Part shown: in pieces, positions 55,768 through 64,000 of the stretch
Numbering within the stretch: position 1 is the first letter of the stretch
Layout: each line of letters starts with the position of its first letter
DNA from: Chrysomallon squamiferum
Taxonomy: Eukaryota > Animalia > Mollusca
Direction of reading: 5' to 3'
Assembly: GCA_012295275.1 (NCBI GenBank)
Contig: CM022670.1
Location: 39,618,001 to 39,682,000, forward strand
Length of the DNA: 64,000 nucleotides
Notes under the pieces: model-generated
Told to the model about the DNA's origin: nothing
Seen by the model: the letters and a program-made list of their open reading frames with translations, nothing else
Database searches by the model: none
Translations under genes and position numbers: made by a program

Positions 55768-55974
55768 CATGTTGGTATAAAATGTAGGTGGACAGTAAAT
55801 GATAACATTTGTATTGTGATTTCATATACAATTATACTTATTCCAGATAAAATTTAAATAATTGTAGTTACAAAATTTTAAGTAGTATAGCACAAATACC
55901 ATAGTTATAATGAACACCATTGTAATAATATAACCCTAACCCACATACCGTGCACCTACTTTTGGACCACCCTG
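55768..55974. mobile_element. About 207-bp Tc1/mariner-type MITE with degenerate TIRs and TA target duplications
   Basis: Right end reads TA-CAGGGTGGTCCAAAAGTAGGTGCACGGTA on the - strand (55974 inward). Left end TA-CATGTTGGTATAAAATGTAGGTGGACAGTA at 55768 is a degenerate match. TA flanks both ends. Confidence 0.65.
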
Positions 55975-56786
55975 TATATATATCCCATGATGTTTTAATC
56001 GTTTGTGTATCGTTCTTTCTTTCAACAATCAAACAGATAACAATTATTCTAAAGAAAAAGCTAAATATATTAAAGCTTTTCTTAAACAACAACAAAAAAA
56101 AAAAAAAATCCAGATATTTATTTTTTCCAGATGTGATATGGTTAAGTCTGCACGCTATAACATACTTGAATAAATTTAGTTTCCTTAATCGTGTTGTCAG
56201 AGTTATGGTTCGTTTCGTATTGTTGATTTTGGCTCAAGTGTTTATGTAGCAAAAACAACAAAGTTTGTTTGTGTACGTTCAGACTGCTTCATATTCTTTA
56301 GGTTAGTGTTGTTGTTTTTGTTTTTCCTTGAACGATGATATTGTCATAAACATGCAATAATTGAGTGCATTGCTTAGAAATACCATGAGCGTTTATTTTA
56401 TTATACTATACTTACAGGAACAAAGAGAGAGAAAAAGATGTTTTCACAGCAGTTGTTGTTGTTGTTGTTGTTGTGAGATTTTTTACGATGATGAGTTTTA
56501 AAATATGAACATTTATGTGTGTGTGTGTTTTTATATAAGAACAGCATCATTATCGACAAAAACAAAACCTACACCAACACCACCATCACCACCATCAACA
56601 CTTTTTCATACTTTATCACAACAACAACAACAAATAACAACAATTATTATAATATCATAGTAATAATAATAAAGATGATGGTGATGATATTGACGATGTA
56701 TACTTTTATATTTCAGATTCGTTTTTAACCCCTGTTGCCGAAAAAAGAAACTCTGCAAAAGAAAGTTTCTGAACGTCAAGGTAGTC

Positions 56787-57674
56787 ATGGCTTTATTTCA
56801 CGAAGAAAAACTGCTGACCGACGCAAACGTGGACCACGCGAGTGCAGCAAACGAGTCAACCAACTCCTCGACCAGCAGTCGGTACGACGCTGCCGACGGC
56901 GCGACGATTATCTCCCCTATCACGATGTTTCTGGCAGGAGTTATCGGCAACGTTCTGGCGCTGGTGGTTCTGTACCGCACGAAAACGGAAATCCGACGAA
57001 TGATGTTCTACACGCTGGTCGCCGGCCTCGCTGTCACCGATCTGGCCGGGATCGTTCTGACGTCACCGGTGACGATAGCCGCCTACCTCAACCACAGGCA
57101 GATGCCCGGCGGGGACGCACTGATAAAATTCAACGGTTTTTTCATGGTGTGCTTTGGCCTGTCTACGCCGCTCATAGTCTGCGCTATGGCCGTGGAAAGG
57201 TTTCTTGCCATCAAGTACAGCTACTTCTACTCCAAATACTGCACGCCGAGCAACGCCAGGGTGACGGTCGTCCTGCTGTGGATCTTTGTCTTCCTTTTCG
57301 GTTCTTTGCCGTTCTTAGGATTCGGCGAGTTCTCCGTGCAGTATCCGCACACCTGGTGCTTTCTGAACTTCCGCACGCCGCATCCGGTGAATGCGACGTA
57401 CGGTTATTTCTACGCCGGGGTCAACCTTCTCATAGTGATACTGATGACGCTGTGCAACATCGTCGTCATGTTGACGTTGTTGCGCGTGCGCTATTTGCGA
57501 CGTGAGCAAAGCCGCGGTAGCCTGTCCGGCAACCTGCTACCGGAGAGCGTGGACGAGTCGCGCATTCTCAGAGCGCATGTGCGGAAGCAGAAACAACATG
57601 ACGTGGAGATGCAAATGATAATCCTCATGTGTGTGATTACAACGACTTTCGCCGTGTGCTGGGCGCCTTTTATG
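56787..57674 (+). CDS. PTGER4-like: Prostanoid receptor gene B (EP4-like class A GPCR), coding exon 1: N-terminus to end of TM6
   Basis: ORF 56787..57686 with good Kozak context (gtcATGG). Motifs MFLAGVIGNVLAL, FYTLVAGLAVTDLAG..SPVTIAAY (very close to EP4 TM2), CAMAVERF, QYPHTWCF and EMQMIILM..CWAPFM. Donor ATG|GTAGGT at 57675. Upstream acceptor tttatatttcag at 56716. Confidence 0.94.
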
Positions 57675-57801
57675 GTAGGTAGATGAATAATGAGCTGAGC
57701 ACCAGTGATAAATATGTTAATCATACGAGTATATCTATGAACACATATAAACATATGCTCTCTGTCCTTTCTCCCTTTCTCACTATCCATCTGTCTGTAT
57801 C

Positions 57802-57904
<103 letters not shown>

Positions 57905-59159
57905 TTTCTGCTAAATATACATTAAAAATAATTTGAGCAATTTATATTTGATCTATTTAAAAAAATAAAAAATAAAAACAAACACTGTAATAAAACCTGA
58001 TATATACACAAAAGAAGAAAAAAAATATATATATATTAAACTACGACGTTGTCTTGAAAACACAGCAAGGCACAATAATGGATTGTGAGAAAACATGGAA
58101 AACGTAATCAACCTTTGAATTAAGTTCTTTAAGTCTACGTTCGTCCATCAACTCAAGACGGAAACGTTCTAAAAATGGGTTAAACGTTACTTTTTTTTTT
58201 TTTTTTTTTCACAATAAAAGAGGTTAAATAAACCAAATATCTCCACAGATGCCCCGAGCTTCTCGTTAAACTCCCATGTTACAAAATTACCACAATCATG
58301 AATATAATGGTAACTGTCCGCGCCTTCAGTTTCAATTGCACTTTTCACCATGCCTCTGTCTGTGTAAGTATCTGGCCATTTCTACCACGAATCTGTAATT
58401 TACATTTTAGTCTATTAAAGACTTTGCAACACAGCAAAACATTTTTGCTATCAGTGAAAAACAAATTGGTTGATTTTATTTCGAATTTTATTCTTTAAAC
58501 AAGCATGGTTTTATTTAGTCATATCTGTTTTGTTGAGGGGTGATTCCCCCATGAGATAAAACTAATATATGATTAAATATATTGCGCCAGTTTTCTGTTG
58601 GAAAACAGTAAAATGAAATATTCTTCGTTACGTTTTCTCTCACTGTACAGATTGATTACAAACATATTGTCAGTTTTGATGTGATCTGAGACTTGTTTCA
58701 GAAACATGAATCTCCCTAGACAAGAATTTTACGTGACGAAATACCACTCACATTTTCGATCAAAAGTTCTGACCAAACTGTTTCCAGGGGAATAACCTTT
58801 TATTTATTTTTTTCTGATTTAAAAGTACAATTCCCATATGTTACGTATATAGTTTCAATCATTTTCTGCACCATAAAAAATATCGTTCAAAAAAAATAGA
58901 ACAACTCTTCTAACATTTGGCTTATATTTCAGTTACTCTCTTATTAACTTATCGAAATATTTTATGTGATTAGAAGCTGGATAAGCTTGTTTGCAAAGTC
59001 AGATTTAACACTGTTTTTGTTCATATCCTTTCTGACGACTCATACCATTATTGTTCTTGTAAAATGCAGTTCTTTTTATCTTTTAAATTAATTTATATTT
59101 GTTTCTTGGTCGATCTTTACTGACTGAATAACTAACTAACTGTCTGTTTGTTTTTACAG

Positions 59160-59912
59160 ATATACATAACAATAACTCTTGCAACTGGTGCCTCTAATCC
59201 ACTCTTCGGTTTAGTGGCAGTGCGCATGGTCAGCGTTAACCAGACCCTGGACCCGTGGCTCTACATTCTTCTACGAAAAGCATTTCTGAGGAGAGTTAAG
59301 AGCAAACTACTGAAACTATTCTGTCCCGAGGAACCCGTGAAAGAACTGCCTGAATGCAAATACCGGGAGTACGTCCACGTACGGAACCAGCTCTTTCACA
59401 GAAACGTTTACGTTGGCAAGTCGGAACCGCAAGACCAAACCGGCAGTCAAACCGGTTCGAGTCGGTCGCCCGTGAGAGCAGTTCAAGACGATCACGTGAT
59501 CTCCTTGCCGGACGTCATGAAAGACGCCACGACGGGCAAAGCCGAATCTTTGCCGGACGTAACGAAACCGAGGAGTTCCGAAGTTAACAATGCTTTTAGT
59601 TCGTCTTCGTCGTGTTCGGGCGAGGACGAAACAGACCGGGCTGGCGGAGTTTATGTCGACGTGTTTAAACTCGAGCCTCCCGTTGACGCGAGTGTCAGTT
59701 CGGTGAGAACAGACGTGGAATGTTCTAGAACGGACGAAACGTCGGAAGTGCTCAGTACGGAAGACGACACGGCTGACGTTTCAGACAAAACGATCCCGGC
59801 AGAGTTAACCACGTCTGGCGTGTTCAGTTTGACGAGGAGCGGCCAGAACGAAATCGAGGCGGAAAGGACACAACACTCAGATATAACACCGATTAAACCC
59901 CCGAACAAGTAA
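59160..59912 (+). CDS. PTGER4-like: Prostanoid receptor gene B, coding exon 2: ECL3, TM7 and long acidic Ser/Thr-rich C-tail
   Basis: Branch-point ACTAAC (59131-59140) and acceptor tgtttgtttttacag|ATATAC at 59159. Encodes IYITITL...VRMVSVNQTLDPWLYILLRK. Stop TAA at 59910-59912, AATAAA at 59942. Phase-0 join gives about 546 aa, with a 1485-bp intron. Confidence 0.93.
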   Translation: MYITITLATGASNPLFGLVAVRMVSVNQTLDPWLYILLRKAFLRRVKSKLLKLFCPEEPVKELPECKYREYVHVRNQLFHRNVYVGKSEPQDQTGSQTGSSRSPVRAVQDDHVISLPDVMKDATTGKAESLPDVTKPRSSEVNNAFSSSSSCSGEDETDRAGGVYVDVFKLEPPVDASVSSVRTDVECSRTDETSEVLSTEDDTADVSDKTIPAELTTSGVFSLTRSGQNEIEAERTQHSDITPIKPPNK

Positions 59913-60064
59913 TTACACAGTTCATTTATGTTTAAAATAAGAATAAAGTACAACAACAACAAAAATAATAATAATAGTAATAGTAATATAAATAATAGTA
60001 ATATAAATAACAGTAATATAAATAATAATAATATTAGTAATAATAATATAAATAATAGTAATAG

Positions 60065-60095
<31 letters not shown>

Positions 60096-60951
60096 AATAA
60101 AATTATATTGTTAATTTGTTACTGTAATGGGATACTCTCTTTATTTGTATTGTCTTACCTCAAATTACTGGCACTCGTATATGCCGTTATTCTGATATTT
60201 TGTTTTTCAGAATGACCACAAGACGTACAAAATCCTATACCTGAAGAGAAAGTATTTCATCAGTCTTTTATATGAAAGAAGAAGAAGAAGAAAAGGAATG
60301 AAAGCCATAAAGAATGTACGCACAAAATACCTCATTTGACCCGCGTACGTTTTTGTGCGTTTGTCTTTGACTCGTTATTCCTCGTTTAATTTACGTCCAG
60401 GCGTACTTCTGGCTTCCGTGCTGATAAGTGAATCAGACACAGTTATCAGAAATTTTGGATGCGTGCATTTAACTACCAGTTATTTCAAATGCTTTAAGTA
60501 AAGATGACATTTGATTCGTATTTAACATATCTGACAATGCACTGTTATTACTGTTGCTATTATTATTATTTTATTTATTTATATTTGGCAGTTTGTGGAC
60601 TGGTGTATATATTCTGTTATGGAACTCTTCCCTCTAATGAATCTCTCTATTCCAAGTTCCATTTGAGCGTACATTTTTTATGGCCGACACCTATTTTATC
60701 ATCGAAGAAATCTGTGATATGAGGTTAATGTAAAAACGACAATGTGCAATATATATATGTGTGTGTATATGTATCCTATTTCATATGTAATAAATATATA
60801 ATGTAAGTTATAACTAGCTGTTATTTCCTGAAAATACTGTTTCAGTTAACTCTTTGCGAAGTAGGTGAAACTGACCAAGGGACTAAGTTTTTTCATTTAG
60901 CTGAAATGTTAGAAAGAAGTGATCCCAGTAGACTAATATATTTATGTTTTG

Positions 60952-61038
<87 letters not shown>

Positions 61039-61164
61039 CCCCCATTAATTCTACAAATATGCAGATGTTTCCAGAGTCCGATATTGTGATTTCAAAAGCA
61101 TAAATAAAAATGTAATAGTCTTGATTTTATATATATGTATGTGTGTATGTGTGTGTGTGTGTGT

Positions 61165-61242
<78 letters not shown>

Positions 61243-62248
61243 AACTTGAATTTTATGGTAATTAAGATTCCTTGTTTCATCAATTAATTTTTTTTTCGGT
61301 CCTGTAACATTAAATCAGACTGTCATATGATGTTAATAAAGTTTAATGAAAGAGATGTTTTGCATTCAGAACGGAAACATTTTCATTTTCATATCCAGAA
61401 TGCTTTAGGTGGGGGGGAGATACATCAATCTGGCTTGCAGAACAACGTCGGCAGCCTACCTACGTAAATTTAACATCATCAACTACGACCATCGTGGGAC
61501 AACCACTCTCTCTAAATACATGCATCACTGTAATCAGCTGTGTAAATCAGAGCTGTAATACATCTGAAAAACGTTAGTTTGTTAATAAGCACCTGTCGCC
61601 TACACGACTACAGTTATGGTGATAAAGTGCTCGGGCAAATCATCACAGTTAACTATTTCAAGCCGAACACCGTATTATAATTGTGTGTGTTTTTTTCCAT
61701 AGCTAATTCATATGTATGTCAGTCTAAACAGTCAGCAGTTATTACCGGAGGAACTAATAATAGTAATAAGCATTTTGATATATTTGTGCCTTTGATATTC
61801 CAGTCACAGAGATGAATTAGTCCCCAAGGACCTTTTAGTGTATAAGCTGCCTGCATTCGTTTTGCTGGCGATTTATTAGTTGTTACTGAGATACGTTAAT
61901 AATTGAGTGTATTTATTGTTCTACTGCTGCCTTTGCTGAGATTGTCAGAAGTTGTTTTGTTTGTATTTTTCTTTTCTTAAAAAATCTGCTTTGTTATAAA
62001 TTATGTAATGATTTTTTATTATTATTATTACTATTTTTTAACATCGGTGATATATATTTATTCTTATACATAATTAAAGTTTATTTTTAATTTAGACCGT
62101 TCTTATTCTTAATAGAATACTGATAAAATGCCAAATGTTTTATGTATAAGAATGTTAATAAACAAAATGATGCTTGTTTTATATTGTTTTTGTTTGTTTA
62201 TATTTGTGTTGTTGGTTTTTTTTCAATTTGTTTTTGCGTTGTTTTATT

Positions 62249-62306
<58 letters not shown>

Positions 62307-63380
62307 CCTTTCAAAAGAGAAGTATTAAATTAATTTTGCTGTTTTGTGTGGAATTATAATGCTGACGAAGACACAAGTTTGTTATAAAGTTTAAAGTTTT
62401 GGTCGGCAAGTGTATGAGTGGAGAACTTTGTGTTTATCCTGGAATCGAGCGTTAGATCCACTTGATCTCATTTCGCAATCAAACTATTTCTGGATGATCC
62501 AGTTTTGTAACTTAATCTAACTTTTGATATTTAAGTTGTTTGTTGTTGAGTGTTTTGGGCGTGGGCTTTCTCTCTCTTTTTTTTTTTGATGTTATTTTTC
62601 TGTCAAAATTATAAACTGCACTTCATTTCGATTTTTTTTCTCCCTCTCTCTCTTTCACGTTACTTCTAAAATATATACAAGATGAAAATAACAATTTATG
62701 TAATAATAAACTAAAGTAACAAAACGCACTTTTATGTAACAATGATGGCATTTAAATAACTAGAGCCCAGATATGAAATGTTTTATTATTATTATTTTTT
62801 ATTTTTTATTTTTTCGTTTAATTTATTCATTTATTTTTAGAAACACATATTCTGTTAGCTGAATGCTCTTGAAACAACATGATTTGTTGTGATATTTCTT
62901 CATATCTAAATGCATGTTCACTTAATTGACGTAATGTAAAAACTAATATATTGGGTCTGCCAAAAACAAATAAACAAACAAACAAGCGGACTGAATTTCA
63001 AATCTGAATTTGATATCGAAACTCACAGTTCCAGAATTTCCCCCACCAACCCGTACCATGACATGGAATGTACTGTCAATCAAGTGTCGTCTGGGAATAT
63101 CGTCTGGTTCTGACGTGTAAGTAGACAAAATGGCTGACATCGATCTCACTCCAACTATTTAGTTATTAGTCCTTATTATTATTATTATTGTTATTTATGA
63201 TTAAATATACGTGTGTTTGTGTACAAAAATAAAATGCTCCGTGAATGTCTGAGTCGATCCTTTCATGTTAGTTTGCTTTGATGATGGATGGGAAACTGTG
63301 TTCGTCTGATTTTTAGAGAAAAAATGTTCAGGTACTGAACCCTCCTCTGCTCTGCAAGCCCTCATTTACAGACAAGTTGA

Positions 63381-64000
63381 CAGGGTACGTTACGAGGTTT
63401 TTAATTCATAATAAACCGTTTTAAATTCATTTATATGACATTATTACATTTTAACTTCAGTATATTACACTTATGAGGACATCAGTATATAAATATTTAA
63501 ATGTTAAACCGGAGATATTAACGAACCACGACAAAAGTTTTGGGACTGCGAAAAATTAGTTTTTCTATTTTCGTCTGCTTTTTGTCTCATCGCATCTAAG
63601 ATACTACTTTCACGTCTGGATAGAGATTTAATTGTGACTTGTTTCACTCAGAAAAGTTGGCGCGGTGCAAGAATTATAAAGGAATTTCCTGCAAAGAAGT
63701 GGGATACATCATCAGCAAAGAGAATGATTTAAAAACAAAAAGCTGAAAGTGCAGAATCCAGTGACAGGAAAATGGGAAGAATCCGACCTGAAACGGAATG
63801 TACACACGAGAATGTTCAGCATGTTGATGAAGCTATTTGCTGCCTGGTATACGAAGACGGAATGGATAATTTCACTGAGGAAGAACAAAGGATTAAAATC
63901 AAAGACAGTTGGGAAAAGATACTGTTGAGTAAGTTCAGCGCTACATTTCAAAGTGTCTGCCAGCAGTTTGCTGGGAAAACGGAGGACTTTTGATCATCTG
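63381..64000 (+). mobile_element. Degenerate, internally deleted Tc1/mariner-superfamily DNA transposon (transposase pseudogene), runs off the window
   Basis: Frame from 63601 reads ILLSRLDRDLIVTCFTQKSWRGARIIKEFPAKKWDTSSAKRMI*KQK...DRKMGRIRPETECTHENVQHVDEAIC, resembling the HTH / RKxGSGRPR..T.EN...VEE.I N-terminus of Tc1/mariner transposases (stop at 63730). It then joins directly to LVYE...FTEEEQRIKIKDSWEKI..., resembling the C-terminal helix after the DDD/E core. CAGGGT at 63381 is a possible left TIR start. Confidence 0.72.

Overview
Eukaryotic, AT-rich, microsatellite-dense animal genomic DNA, probably an invertebrate and plausibly a mollusc (inferred, not proven). It contains two spliced class A GPCR genes of the prostanoid receptor family (EP4/PTGER4-like), arranged head-to-head about 47 kb apart. 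Gene A is on the - strand, join(9794..8943, 1030..584), about 432 aa. Gene B is on the + strand, join(56787..57674, 59160..59912), about 546 aa. Both share a phase-0 intron at the end of TM6 (ATG|GTAGGT ... CAG|AT[T/A]TAC, M|IY). Both keep the prostanoid carboxylate-binding residues (TM2 Tyr, ECL2 TWC, TM7 Arg) and the DPWxY motif. Gene B has lost the near-universal TM3 Cys3.25 disulfide partner and has a long acidic tail. The non-coding space holds candidate untranslated first exons/promoters, several DNA-transposon remnants (including an internally deleted Tc1/mariner transposase at the window end), a 1.3-kb modular minisatellite that starts at a hairpin, other tandem repeats and many SSRs. 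Most other ORFs in the track are microsatellite or antisense artefacts. All family assignments are from motif recognition by eye, with no database search.
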